IMG/VR virus record: IMGVR_UViG_3300009079_000013
Reading direction: 5' to 3' (one strand)
DNA length: 64,000 nt
Source: a virus
Under the pieces are notes generated by a model. The model did not search any database. It was not told the DNA's origin and was given only the letters and a program-made list of their open reading frames with translations. Position numbers and translations under genes: made by a program. The stretch's first letter is position 1; each line of letters starts with the position of its first letter. Positions 19,235 to 29,574 of the stretch are shown here, piece after piece.

Positions 19235-20774
19235 TATAAAATATGCAATAGTTACCGAAGGAGCAGATTTTAATTTTCCTTATCTTAGGGTGATGCTGAA
19301 TTCTCTCCTAAAGCATAATGGTTGGGTTAAAGACAATATTGTTATTATGACATGTGATTTAACACCTTTATCATCGCACAATAGAGAAATCTTAAAATCC
19401 ATTAATGATAAAATACAGTTTGTAGATATAGACTCTAAATACTTTTCTAATATAAAGATTAAAAATAAGAATCAACTTAATAGGATTTTAATTAGTCTAT
19501 ATAGGTTAAATTGCTTTAATTTAAAAACATTTGATCTAGCTCTTTATATCAGCAGTTATAATGTATGTACTTCAAGTATTGTATCTCTATTTGAAGAATA
19601 TTCTAATGTTAGCTTAGCTGACACTGGTGGGATGGCTCAAACTTCAGTAGGTTCAAATCAAAAAATATTAGGTAGTGAATTAAATAGCTCTGTAATGTTA
19701 ATTTCAAATCAGGTAACATCAGGTAATATGCTTGAAAAGTCACTTGGAAATATTAATAAAATCAGAAGATTGACCGATAAATCAATAGATCAAGTAATTC
19801 AAGATTATTTAAATTTAGAAAAAGTAGATTATAGTTTATTTGGTTTAAATTTAATAATAAAAAAAAGTAAATTTCCTGATTCTAAATTTAAAGATTATCA
19901 GGCTATTCAAAAAATGTCATGTATTATAAACATGGATATTGAATTATCAAAAAACAACAATGCTCGTTTTATGTTCAAACGAATAAATTCTATTTGGAAT
20001 AGTTATAATAAACAGGGAGATTGGGATACTGGAAATTTTTCAAACACTCCTAAAGATATTATAAACACTAATATTCGTAAATTTAAAGATGGAGATTTCC
20101 ATTCAAAATTTTGTGTTATGATAACTACATATAATAGACCCTTGGGTATTAATAGATTAACAGAGGAATTAAAAAAATTAGACTCCAATTGTAGAATAGT
20201 TGTAGTAGATGATGCATCAAATACCGACGTGGATTTAAATAATATCGATGAATATGTAAAACTTCCTAGAAATAATGGTAAGAAAGGCTGGTGGAAGACA
20301 GTGAATACTCTATGGAAAAAAGCTATCTCTAAAAACCATGAATATTATATAATGATGCCAGATGACGCTCTTCCAAAAGAATCCTTTTTTAACGAGGCTG
20401 AAAGGTTGTGGAAATCAATAGGAGGTCCAGTTAAAATAGCTTTACACTTGGCTAACAACAATAGAGAAAAAAACTGGACTAATTTTCCAAGGCGTGAGTA
20501 TTCTAGTGAAATATTTTTAACGCAAACTACTGAATTCAGTTTTATATGCAAAAGAGATTTTATAAGCTATACTATCCCTGAAATACCTTTAAACACTTGG
20601 GATAAAAACCCATTATTAGGATCCGGTGTAGGTCCTAGGTTAAACAGATATTGGGTAAAAAAAGGTAGGAAAATATATGGGGTAAAAAAATCGTTGATTA
20701 AAATAAATTTAGATTGTCAAGAAAGCGTAATGAACCCTAAAGAAAGAAAGAAAAATCCATGGATTATAAAATAA
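19221..20774 (+). CDS. Two-domain glycosyltransferase (GT8-like + GT2-like)
   Basis: N-terminal LRVMLNSL/LNSSVM/DQ; C-terminal ITTYNRP, VVDDAS, MPDD. Confidence 0.65.
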   Translation: MKKDDIKYAIVTEGADFNFPYLRVMLNSLLKHNGWVKDNIVIMTCDLTPLSSHNREILKSINDKIQFVDIDSKYFSNIKIKNKNQLNRILISLYRLNCFNLKTFDLALYISSYNVCTSSIVSLFEEYSNVSLADTGGMAQTSVGSNQKILGSELNSSVMLISNQVTSGNMLEKSLGNINKIRRLTDKSIDQVIQDYLNLEKVDYSLFGLNLIIKKSKFPDSKFKDYQAIQKMSCIINMDIELSKNNNARFMFKRINSIWNSYNKQGDWDTGNFSNTPKDIINTNIRKFKDGDFHSKFCVMITTYNRPLGINRLTEELKKLDSNCRIVVVDDASNTDVDLNNIDEYVKLPRNNGKKGWWKTVNTLWKKAISKNHEYYIMMPDDALPKESFFNEAERLWKSIGGPVKIALHLANNNREKNWTNFPRREYSSEIFLTQTTEFSFICKRDFISYTIPEIPLNTWDKNPLLGSGVGPRLNRYWVKKGRKIYGVKKSLIKINLDCQESVMNPKERKKNPWIIK

Positions 20775-21460
20775 AAAATAATATGATTGTAAAACTAACA
20801 GCCTATAATGGAAAAACAGCTAATTTAGTAATAAGGGATGAAAATGAACATATTCAAAGATGTTGGAAAGGTTTAAAATTTTATGAATCTCATAAAGGTG
20901 GAATATTATCATATATGATGAATAATTTAGATAAGTATTCTAATAAAAAATGCTTAGATATAGGGGCATGTATAGGTAATCATACAATTTATTTTTCAAA
21001 AATATTAGGATGTGAAGTAACAAGTTTTGAACCCTCTCAGGAATCATACGATCACTTATTAGAAAATTGCAAATTAAATGATATATCTCCTATTTTACAT
21101 AATATTGCTTTAGGTGAAGAAAAAAAGACTGCTGGGCTTAGAAATAATAGTAAAAAACATTTCAATATAGGAATGAATCAAGTCGTTGAAGGTGAAGGCA
21201 TTCAGGTTGAAAAGCTAGATAGCATGGTAGAAGGTCAATTTGATTTTATTAAGATAGATGTTGAGCATTATAACATTCCTTTATTAAAAGGTGCTAAGGA
21301 AACACTAACATCTCAAGTAAAATGTGACGTATTCATAGAATGTGAAACAGATTCTATATTAAAAGAAACTGATAACATAATGAAATCATATGGATATGTT
21401 AGAAACCTTAAAATTAAATTAAACCATACTCCAACATATCTTTGGACAAAAAACAATTAA
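20759..21460 (+). CDS. FkbM-family methyltransferase (likely start 20783)
   Basis: LDIGACIGNHT, SFEP, NIALG, FIKIDVE. Confidence 0.85.
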   Translation: MDYKIKNNMIVKLTAYNGKTANLVIRDENEHIQRCWKGLKFYESHKGGILSYMMNNLDKYSNKKCLDIGACIGNHTIYFSKILGCEVTSFEPSQESYDHLLENCKLNDISPILHNIALGEEKKTAGLRNNSKKHFNIGMNQVVEGEGIQVEKLDSMVEGQFDFIKIDVEHYNIPLLKGAKETLTSQVKCDVFIECETDSILKETDNIMKSYGYVRNLKIKLNHTPTYLWTKNN

Positions 21461-22146
21461 ACAATATGATTATAGCTGGAATGGCAACTTTGCCGGAAAG
21501 ATTAAACACTTTAGAATTAGTTTTAGACAATTTGCATCCACAAGTCGATGTAATTGAATTGGCTTTAAATGGACATGCAGAAATCCCAAAGCTTCTTTCT
21601 AAATATCCCAAGGTTATTCCAAACCTAACAACTAATGAAAAAGGAGACGCTAATAAATTTTTAAACGTTAGTAAATATAAAGACGATTATTATTTTTCAA
21701 CAGATGATGATATTTTATATCCTTCTAATTATGTGTCTACATATATAAAAGAAATAGACAAACATAAATCATTAATAACTATACATGGATCAGTTATTCC
21801 TCCTCGTAAAATATTAAGTTATTATAAAGGTAGAAAAATGAAAGCACATTGCTTAAATTCATGCGAAGAGGAAATAGTCCATATTCCTGGATCAGGTGTA
21901 TCTGGTTTTCATACTTCATTTTTAAAAATAGATTATGAAAATGGATTCCCTAATGCAAATATGGCTGATATCTTTGTAGGTATTCAATGCCAACAACAAA
22001 ATGTTAAATGTATATCGATTAAACACGCTAAGGAATGGATTAAAGGAGGTCTTAATGAAGGTAGAAAAACAATATGGGAAACTCATAGGCATGACGATAG
22101 GATTCAAACTAGCCATATAAACAAAATAACTTGGAAAAATATATGA
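21442..22146 (+). CDS. GT-A glycosyltransferase (likely start 21466)
   Basis: ATLPER, TDDDILYP, GSGVSGF, MAD. Confidence 0.7.
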   Translation: MDKKQLNNMIIAGMATLPERLNTLELVLDNLHPQVDVIELALNGHAEIPKLLSKYPKVIPNLTTNEKGDANKFLNVSKYKDDYYFSTDDDILYPSNYVSTYIKEIDKHKSLITIHGSVIPPRKILSYYKGRKMKAHCLNSCEEEIVHIPGSGVSGFHTSFLKIDYENGFPNANMADIFVGIQCQQQNVKCISIKHAKEWIKGGLNEGRKTIWETHRHDDRIQTSHINKITWKNI

Positions 22147-22643
22147 GTGGAAGTGTTAAAATAAATAGCATTCATGAAAGTGCTAAAATAGGAAAAAACG
22201 TTGAAATAGGAGAGTTTTGCGTAATCGAAGAAGGCGTTGAAATAGGAGACAACACTGTCATTAGAAATTATGTAGAGCTTAGAAAAAATACAATAATTGG
22301 ATCTGATTGTTACATAGACTCTAGAGTGTCTACATCAGGTAATTGTAAAATAGGAAACAACGTGACACTAAGATATGATGTAATAATAGCACGAGGTGTT
22401 GAAATTGGAGATGGAACTTATATATGTCCTAGAGTAATGACAAATAATTTAGATTCTGGAAAAACTCAAATAGGAGGTGCTAAAATAGGTAAAAAGTGTT
22501 TTATCGGAACAAATACAGTTTTACAGCATGGTATAGAAATCACTGACGGTGTTACAACTGGATCAATGTCATTTGTAAATAAAGATATAACAGAAAAAGG
22601 AATCTACTTTGGAAATCCTGCTAAAAAATACGAAAAGAAATAA
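22131..22643 (+). CDS. Hexapeptide-repeat acyltransferase (WbpD/FdtC-like)
   Basis: Left-handed beta-helix repeats, GNPAK. Confidence 0.85.
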   Translation: MEKYMSGSVKINSIHESAKIGKNVEIGEFCVIEEGVEIGDNTVIRNYVELRKNTIIGSDCYIDSRVSTSGNCKIGNNVTLRYDVIIARGVEIGDGTYICPRVMTNNLDSGKTQIGGAKIGKKCFIGTNTVLQHGIEITDGVTTGSMSFVNKDITEKGIYFGNPAKKYEKK

Positions 22644-23140
22644 TGAATACGTGGAGTCAAGATGAAAACGGGAATAAGATACATATCACCGCTATAGTTG
22701 GTGAAAATGTAGAACTTGGTAAAAATAATATCATATATCCATATGCTGTCATAGGTCTACCAGGTTTCATTAGAGATGCCAATAACGCAACCGGTAAAGT
22801 TATAATAGGAAATGGAAACAAGATAGGAGCGCATACGTCTATTATGATAGGTCAAGAAGGTATTACTAAAATAGGAGATAATAATCTACTTATGAATTAT
22901 GTTAATATAGGACATGATTGTGAAATAGGTAATAATAACGAAATAGGCGCGGGAACTGTTGTAGCTGGATGGGCTAAGATTGGAAACAATAATATGATTA
23001 AAATTAGATGTACTATTAGAAATCGCAAAATAATTGGAAATGATAATATCATAGGCATGTGTTCAAATGTAACTAAGGATTTTGATATAGACAGCTGGTT
23101 GATTTATGGAACCCCCGCAAAGCAAATAAAATTGAAATGA
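22643..23140 (+). CDS. Hexapeptide-repeat acetyltransferase (NeuD/LpxA-like)
   Basis: IGHDCEIG, GTPAK. Confidence 0.82.
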   Translation: MNTWSQDENGNKIHITAIVGENVELGKNNIIYPYAVIGLPGFIRDANNATGKVIIGNGNKIGAHTSIMIGQEGITKIGDNNLLMNYVNIGHDCEIGNNNEIGAGTVVAGWAKIGNNNMIKIRCTIRNRKIIGNDNIIGMCSNVTKDFDIDSWLIYGTPAKQIKLK

Positions 23141-23841
23141 TAAAACCGAAAGTACTAGTTACAATGCCAGCGTATAACGCAGCGAGATTTTTAAATGAAT
23201 CTATTCCTTCTATTTTAAATCAAACGGGAGTAGACGTATCCCTATTTGTAATTGATGATGCATCCACTGACAAAACATATGAAATAGCAAAAAGCTATAA
23301 AGAAGTTACTGTCATGAGAAATAAAACTAACATGGGTAATTATTACTCCGTTAATCTAGTAATGTACACTTTAAAAAATCAAGATTTTGATTGGGATTAT
23401 CATGTTTATCACGGCGCAGATGATGTTTCTGATCTAAATAGATTTAGTAAACAGTTAAAGTTATTTAATAAACCCGAAACCCTAGCCGTTGGCTGTGGAT
23501 TCAAAAGAGTAGATTTTAGGACAAAAAAGATTCTTTCAGCAAATAGAAAAACTAATGAATCAATGCTGATTTTTAAAAAAGAAATGCTTGATTTAGTAGG
23601 CTATCGTGATTCTGGAAGAGCTGGGTGTGATACAGAATATAAAAGAAGAATCCAATTGGCTAAACCGGGCTGTATAGACTCGCTAAATGAAATTTTACTT
23701 ACTGCTTATTTACACGATGATAATCTAACTAAGAGGATTCCAATAGGTGGAACCTTTAGAAAAAATTATGTAGCAAGTTTCACACGAGAACATCAGGAAA
23801 TGAAAAGTAAAAATAACTTCTATAAAGATTTCACACTATGA
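23137..23841 (+). CDS. GT2 glycosyltransferase
   Basis: MPAYNA, IDDASTD, GADD. Confidence 0.85.
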   Translation: MIKPKVLVTMPAYNAARFLNESIPSILNQTGVDVSLFVIDDASTDKTYEIAKSYKEVTVMRNKTNMGNYYSVNLVMYTLKNQDFDWDYHVYHGADDVSDLNRFSKQLKLFNKPETLAVGCGFKRVDFRTKKILSANRKTNESMLIFKKEMLDLVGYRDSGRAGCDTEYKRRIQLAKPGCIDSLNEILLTAYLHDDNLTKRIPIGGTFRKNYVASFTREHQEMKSKNNFYKDFTL

Positions 23842-24749
23842 AAAATAACAAACAAACGAAAAATTTTGCAATAATTGGAGCATCTGGATATATTGCTCCT
23901 CGCCACATGAAAGCTATAGAAGAAACTGGAAACAATCTAGTTGCAATATTAGATAAAAATGATAGCGTTGGAATAATTGATACGTATTTTCCAAAAGCAG
24001 AACTTTTCTTAGAATCTGAAATGTTTGATCGTCATATGTATAAGTTAAAAGATACTGATCGTAAAATAGATTACATATCAATATGTTCTCCTAATTATCT
24101 ACACGATGCTCATATTAGACTTGCGCTAAGAAATGACGCAGATGTTATTTGTGAAAAACCTCTAGTATTGAACCCTTGGAATATAGATGAACTAATGAAA
24201 TTAGAAATTGAAACTGGTAAGCAAATTAACAATATTCTACAGCTACGTTTGCATCCATCGGTTATTGAATTAAAAGAAAAGATAGATAATGGGCCTTCTG
24301 ATAAAACGTATGAAGTTACTTTAGATTATATTACAGGTCGAGGTAATTGGTATTTGAGATCCTGGAAAAATAAAATGTCAAAATCGGGAGGAATTGCTAC
24401 TAATATAGGAATTCATTTCTTTGACATGCTCATTTGGATATTTGGAAATGTTAAAAATTCTACTTCTAATCATTCTGAAACGAGTGCTAGTGGATATCTA
24501 GAACTAGATCGGGCTAATGTGACATGGAAATTGAGCATTGATTCTGATGATTTACCCTTAGAATATAAACAAAAGGGGTTGCCAGTATACCGTTCAATTT
24601 GCATAGATGATAGTTCATTTGAATTCAGCACAGGATTTACTGATCTGCACACTAAATCGTATGAAAAAATACTAATAGGAGAAGGATTTAAATTAAGAGA
24701 CGCTATTCCAAGTGTTGAATTAGCTTACAAAATAAGAAATAATAAGTAA
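23838..24749 (+). CDS. wbpB: Gfo/Idh/MocA oxidoreductase, UDP-GlcNAcA 3-dehydrogenase-like
   Basis: IGASGYIAPRH, SICSPNYLHDAH, CEKPL, LQLRLHP, SGGIATNIGIHFFD, GFTDLH. Confidence 0.85.
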   Translation: MKNNKQTKNFAIIGASGYIAPRHMKAIEETGNNLVAILDKNDSVGIIDTYFPKAELFLESEMFDRHMYKLKDTDRKIDYISICSPNYLHDAHIRLALRNDADVICEKPLVLNPWNIDELMKLEIETGKQINNILQLRLHPSVIELKEKIDNGPSDKTYEVTLDYITGRGNWYLRSWKNKMSKSGGIATNIGIHFFDMLIWIFGNVKNSTSNHSETSASGYLELDRANVTWKLSIDSDDLPLEYKQKGLPVYRSICIDDSSFEFSTGFTDLHTKSYEKILIGEGFKLRDAIPSVELAYKIRNNK

Positions 24750-25579
24750 TGAAATTAGGAGTATCATATACTGTATTTGATGGAATAGAACTATTGGAAT
24801 ATTCTATAAAGCAAATAAGAGAACACGTTGATTTTATACACGTAGCATATCAGGATATTTCATGGTTTGGATCACAGATGTCACAGAGTGATAAAGACAT
24901 ACTAAGTAGGCTCCATAGAAAAAAACTAATCAACTCATTAGATAAATTCTCTGATTTCAAAAATCTAAATAGAGCATGTGCATCTAATATACAAACATCT
25001 AAGGCTTTTGAAATGCGTAAAAGACAATTTGGATTAGACGCATGTGTTAAGCAGGGTTGTACTCATTTTATATCAATGGACGTTGATGAATTTTATAAAG
25101 CCGATGAGTTTAAAAATGCCAAAGATATCATCATAGAACGTAATATCACAAGAAGTTCATGTTCATTTATAAATTATGTTAATCTCCCAATATATCATAG
25201 AGGATATGATAGTTCGTCAGTTCCTTTTATATGCAAAGTCAATGCTTCCTCTAGGATGAGCAAATCGTTCTTTACTAGATGCGACCCTACTAGGGGAATA
25301 AACGCAATTGCTAAAGGCGGTGATGTGAGGCTACCTATATCAAATATAACTATGCACCACATGGAAACTATTAGAAAGGATCTCAATAAAAAATACACAT
25401 CTACTACAAGAGCCGTGTTTAATAGAGCTAGAACTAGTGAATTGGTAGACAGTATAAAACTAGTGAATGAAGATACCAAGACTTTTGGATTTAATAAAAT
25501 TATATTTCCAAAAACCCCTAATGTATCTCTTAAAACTGTAGATAACATATTTAAAATTCCATATGCAACTTGGCAATAA
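24749..25579 (+). CDS. Putative GT-A glycosyltransferase
   Basis: FDGIELL, HFISMDVDEFY (DxD), DPTR, MHHM. Confidence 0.55.
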   Translation: MKLGVSYTVFDGIELLEYSIKQIREHVDFIHVAYQDISWFGSQMSQSDKDILSRLHRKKLINSLDKFSDFKNLNRACASNIQTSKAFEMRKRQFGLDACVKQGCTHFISMDVDEFYKADEFKNAKDIIIERNITRSSCSFINYVNLPIYHRGYDSSSVPFICKVNASSRMSKSFFTRCDPTRGINAIAKGGDVRLPISNITMHHMETIRKDLNKKYTSTTRAVFNRARTSELVDSIKLVNEDTKTFGFNKIIFPKTPNVSLKTVDNIFKIPYATWQ

Positions 25580-25588
25580 CATAAACGC

Positions 25589-26440
25589 ATGCAACACACA
25601 AAAATAATAGCAGAAATAGGAATCAATTTTGCATATGGTAACGACCGGTCTAAATTCTTAGACAATGCAAAAAGACTAATCGACGTAGCCGTTGTTGCAG
25701 GTTGTGACTGGGTTAAATTCCAAAAGAGATCACCAGATCACTGTGTTCCAGAAGAACAAAAAACTAAACCTAAGAGAGTTCCATGGAGAACTGAAGAAAC
25801 CACCTATATTCAATACAAACATGACATCGAGTTCAATGAGGAACAGTGGCAAGAATTATATGCATATTGCGAAGATAAACCGATTGGGCTATTCGCATCA
25901 GTATGGGATAAGCCTTCTGTTGATTTTATGATGCGCATGTGTCCACAGATAGCTAAGATACCGTCTGCTTTAATCACTGATATCGATTTATGTTCATATG
26001 CAGATCATAAATTTGATCATATGATAGTAAGTACCGGAATGAGTACTGAAGAAGAAGTGGTTAGATGCATGGACGCAATCCAACCTGATATTGTAATGCA
26101 CACTAATTCCAGTTACCCATCCAATGTAGGTGAACTCAGGTTAGAATACATAACGTGGCTAAAAGACAAATATGGACATAATACTGATATCGGTTATTCT
26201 GGACATGAATATGGTTTAACAACCACAATGGCTGCAGTGACTCTTGGAGCAACGTGGGTTGAAAGACATATTACTTTAGACAGAACTAATTGGGGAAGCG
26301 ATCAAGAGTCCTCAGTTGAACCTAGCGGACTAATGAAGTTGGTTAAAGGAATACGCGATATTGAAAGAGCAATGGGAGGATACGGTCCAAGATCAGTAAT
26401 TGGTTCAGAACTGGCTAAAATGAAATCTCTTAGGAAATAG
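25589..26440 (+). CDS. neuB: N-acetylneuraminate/nonulosonate synthase (no C-terminal SAF domain)
   Basis: IIAEIGIN, VKFQKR, SVWD, KIPS, STGMS, GYSGHE, VERHITLDR. Confidence 0.92.
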   Translation: MQHTKIIAEIGINFAYGNDRSKFLDNAKRLIDVAVVAGCDWVKFQKRSPDHCVPEEQKTKPKRVPWRTEETTYIQYKHDIEFNEEQWQELYAYCEDKPIGLFASVWDKPSVDFMMRMCPQIAKIPSALITDIDLCSYADHKFDHMIVSTGMSTEEEVVRCMDAIQPDIVMHTNSSYPSNVGELRLEYITWLKDKYGHNTDIGYSGHEYGLTTTMAAVTLGATWVERHITLDRTNWGSDQESSVEPSGLMKLVKGIRDIERAMGGYGPRSVIGSELAKMKSLRK

Positions 26441-26495
26441 TAAAAGCATTTATTAAGTCAGGTAAAGTGAATGCTTGCGGAAAACTTATAATTTC

Positions 26496-27254
26496 TTAAT
26501 ATTTAGCCATTTCTTTCCACTTAGAAAGTACATATTTTTCTATTTCTTTACCAAGTAGTGTAGAAGGTCTAAAAGCCATTTCACCTGCGTAAAGTTTGTC
26601 CTCTTTTTTATTGTAAAAGAAATCTATTCTAAAGAAATCTATCTTTAATTCTTTTGCTATGGCTTTACAAATGTCATATTCTTTATCCCAATTAAAATAA
26701 GTATTGCTTTTGTCTATCATATCTACTCTATGCCATTCTTTTGATCCTTTTCTTAAATCACCAACTATTGGACATCCATATAGAACAAATACTTTAAATT
26801 CATAATCGTATTCGATATATTCTTCTACTATTATTCCTTTTTCAGTTTGTTTCATCATCTCAGGTTCAGTTGCTCTTGATGAAGACTTTAAACATTCCCT
26901 AAGTTTTCTATCTACTTTTTTAAAGTCTTTATCATTAATAAAAACTCCATCGTTTTCTGACATATGAGCAGGTTTAGCAACATACCGTTCCCTTAATGCA
27001 TGTGAAATATCAGAATCTTTAGTAGAATAACAATATAATGTAGGTACGTTTAAACCATGTTTTTCAAAAAATTTTTTAACTTCATACTTATTATAAAGTT
27101 TTTTCATATTTATACATTCTATTTTGTTTTTACGCCTTAGCGTTAACATATAATTATCTTCAATATGAGTTTTATACCTAGTGTGAATGTACGAACAGTC
27201 AAATTCAGGCGACCATTGAGTTAAGCTAGACGGTAAATAATTATAATATTTCAT
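26496..27254 (-). CDS. ATP-grasp protein (TupA-like)
   Basis: NKYEVK, VAKPAH, IIVEEYI, EFKVF, FFRIDFF, GEM. Confidence 0.7.
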   Translation of the reverse strand: MKYYNYLPSSLTQWSPEFDCSYIHTRYKTHIEDNYMLTLRRKNKIECINMKKLYNKYEVKKFFEKHGLNVPTLYCYSTKDSDISHALRERYVAKPAHMSENDGVFINDKDFKKVDRKLRECLKSSSRATEPEMMKQTEKGIIVEEYIEYDYEFKVFVLYGCPIVGDLRKGSKEWHRVDMIDKSNTYFNWDKEYDICKAIAKELKIDFFRIDFFYNKKEDKLYAGEMAFRPSTLLGKEIEKYVLSKWKEMAKY

Positions 27255-27873
27255 AACTTACACTTATCGATTCTCCCTTTTTTATTTTTCTTTTTGATTT
27301 TAAACGTAACTCTTTATCTTTTTTAAAGATATTACAATTAGGCGTAGCAGATTCTATTAAATATCCTCCTACTGGATTAGGTTCGTATAAATCAGATTTA
27401 CTATAATAGCTATGAGAATACCCAAAATCAAAATCTTTTACAATATCTTTAGTTGCATAAAGAGTATAGGCCCCATCTCTTTCCTCTATAGAAACACAAT
27501 CCGGTAAAGGAACGTAATGTTTATTTTTTTTAGTATCTGGTTTTGTAGGGTCATACCAACTATACCTTAATAAAATTTCTTCACCTTTTTCTATATCTTT
27601 AGTTGTTATTAATTCAGTAACCGAACCTATTCCATTTGTAAATTCTTTTTTTACTATAGGTAACCATGCGTTTTTATTGACCGAGTAATTAAAAAAACCA
27701 ACTAAGGGGTTTCTTAAATGTTTAACTGGTCTTTCGTTATAGTCATAGTAATGACAGATGCCTAGATTACTACCCTTTGGAATAAATTTTGTTGCAAAAA
27801 CCCCAAGTCCATGCAAAGGTGATTCTTTTAGTTCTAAACCCTCCGGTATGATATTTCCTTTTTTAATATTCAT
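27241..27873 (-). CDS. Tandem SET-domain protein
   Basis: SPLHGLGVFATKFIPKG...FNYS...KDIEKGEEILLRY; second copy LYATKDI...PNC...IKKGESISVSY. Confidence 0.75.
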   Translation of the reverse strand: MNIKKGNIIPEGLELKESPLHGLGVFATKFIPKGSNLGICHYYDYNERPVKHLRNPLVGFFNYSVNKNAWLPIVKKEFTNGIGSVTELITTKDIEKGEEILLRYSWYDPTKPDTKKNKHYVPLPDCVSIEERDGAYTLYATKDIVKDFDFGYSHSYYSKSDLYEPNPVGGYLIESATPNCNIFKKDKELRLKSKRKIKKGESISVSYEIL

Positions 27874-28442
27874 TTCTCATCATACACCCAGAACGGTTGA
27901 TTTTCCATCCAACTAACAGGTAACTTGTAACGCTTATATTTAGCTCCACTGAAGGGTTTATATGATATTATAGATATTTCAGGGTGTTCACCTATGATCT
28001 TATTAAAAATATCTTCAAAACTATTTTTATCAAAACAGCAATTACTCATCCATATTAAGTCAGTTGATTTAAATTCAAATTTATATAAATCATCTACATC
28101 TAATGATATATTAGATAAATTATATTTTTTTATTAGAGATTTTCCAAATCTTATTCTACCTCTATGTATATCTATTCCTAAAGTTTCTATATCTGGATAT
28201 TTGTCATTAAAGTAAAAATTCATCCACCCTATGCTTGCGCCAACAACTACGAATCTATCGTACTTTTTACTAACTGAATCTATTAGCGTTATAGCTGTTT
28301 CATATGGAGTAGTCCCATATGTAAAATCTTTATAGGAAAGTGCATTATTTGAAGAAATCATATGTTCAATATGTCTCTTATCCTCGCTTCTCATATTTTT
28401 AATATAATCTTCTAAGTCTTTTAATATATTTAAGTTTTTCAT
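27870..28442 (-). CDS. Class I SAM-dependent methyltransferase, DOT1-like
   Basis: FTYGTT, VVGASIG, GIDI, IWMSNCCF, IISYK. Confidence 0.6.
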   Translation of the reverse strand: MKNLNILKDLEDYIKNMRSEDKRHIEHMISSNNALSYKDFTYGTTPYETAITLIDSVSKKYDRFVVVGASIGWMNFYFNDKYPDIETLGIDIHRGRIRFGKSLIKKYNLSNISLDVDDLYKFEFKSTDLIWMSNCCFDKNSFEDIFNKIIGEHPEISIISYKPFSGAKYKRYKLPVSWMENQPFWVYDEK

Positions 28443-28533
28443 ATTATTATTTATTCCTTCTTATTTTTTACATAATCAGCGTGTGCACAAAACCTATTGA
28501 ATATACATCAGTACTATATAAAAAATATAATTT

Positions 28534-29238
28534 ATGAAATGGCAAGGCTATGATTGGCAAGTGGGTGAAAGATGGGGATTAATGCACCCTGAAAAAACAG
28601 AATGTTGGTATGATAAAAGCGCAGTTAAAATAATAGATGATGAATTATACTTAAAGACACACTATAACCCTAAAAAAATAGATGGAGTAATTTCACCATT
28701 CGGAGTAGGTTTGATAAACTGTACAACTAAATTTAAACATGGTAGATTTGACATAGATATTAAACTTCCAAAGGGACCTAGTTTATGGCCAGCTTTTTGG
28801 ATGTGGGCCTTTGAGTCATGGCCCCCTGAGATAGATGTTTTCGAAGCATATTCAAATCATAAAGGAAGCTATTTTAATTGGAATATAAATGCTTTACTAG
28901 GAGATTTCTGGAAAGTGCAAACGAATGTTCATCTAGGAAAATCTCCTGATAATTACATGATTGGAGCAAAAGAACATTGGCTGGGCTGGAAATGTCCAAG
29001 CAAAGATTTTCATACATATAGTGTAGAATGGTTCCCTCATGGAATATTTATATATTTCGATAATAAACTAGTTAGAGAAATATTAGATGAAAATATATTG
29101 TCTCAATTAAATGACAAAACAATGAATGTAGTTATAAATAATAGTATTAAGAAAGAACATAATATACCTGAAAATAAAACAGTTGTTTCAACTATGATAT
29201 GTAAAAACTTTAGATATTCTGAATATTATGGAGATTAA
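28534..29238 (+). CDS. Glycoside hydrolase family 16
   Basis: LWPAFWM, WPPEIDVFE (ExDxxE), DFHTYSVEW. Confidence 0.85.
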   Translation: MKWQGYDWQVGERWGLMHPEKTECWYDKSAVKIIDDELYLKTHYNPKKIDGVISPFGVGLINCTTKFKHGRFDIDIKLPKGPSLWPAFWMWAFESWPPEIDVFEAYSNHKGSYFNWNINALLGDFWKVQTNVHLGKSPDNYMIGAKEHWLGWKCPSKDFHTYSVEWFPHGIFIYFDNKLVREILDENILSQLNDKTMNVVINNSIKKEHNIPENKTVVSTMICKNFRYSEYYGD

Positions 29239-29271
29239 TGACAAATAATAATTATAAAAAATCCTAAACCT

Positions 29272-29574
29272 ATGACAATATACGTTGATATTGATGATAC
29301 TATATGTAGATTAAAAAAGCCTATGGAATATGACACAGCTTATCCTATTCCAGAAGCAGTTGAAAAAGTCAACGCCTTATATGAAAAAGGTCATACTATA
29401 ATATTTTGGACTGCTCGAGGAACTGTAACAGGTATTGATCACAAGATATTAACAATGTGTCAATTAAACGAATGGGGTGTAAAATTCCATGAATTAAAAA
29501 TGGGGAAACCTGCATATGATCTCTTTATAGATGATAAAAATATTAATTCTTATGATTGGTTAAATGAAAAATAA
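29272..29574 (+). CDS. Small HAD-superfamily phosphatase (capsule-biosynthesis type)
   Basis: YVDIDDTIC, WTARG, MGKP, FIDDK. Confidence 0.8.
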   Translation: MTIYVDIDDTICRLKKPMEYDTAYPIPEAVEKVNALYEKGHTIIFWTARGTVTGIDHKILTMCQLNEWGVKFHELKMGKPAYDLFIDDKNINSYDWLNEK

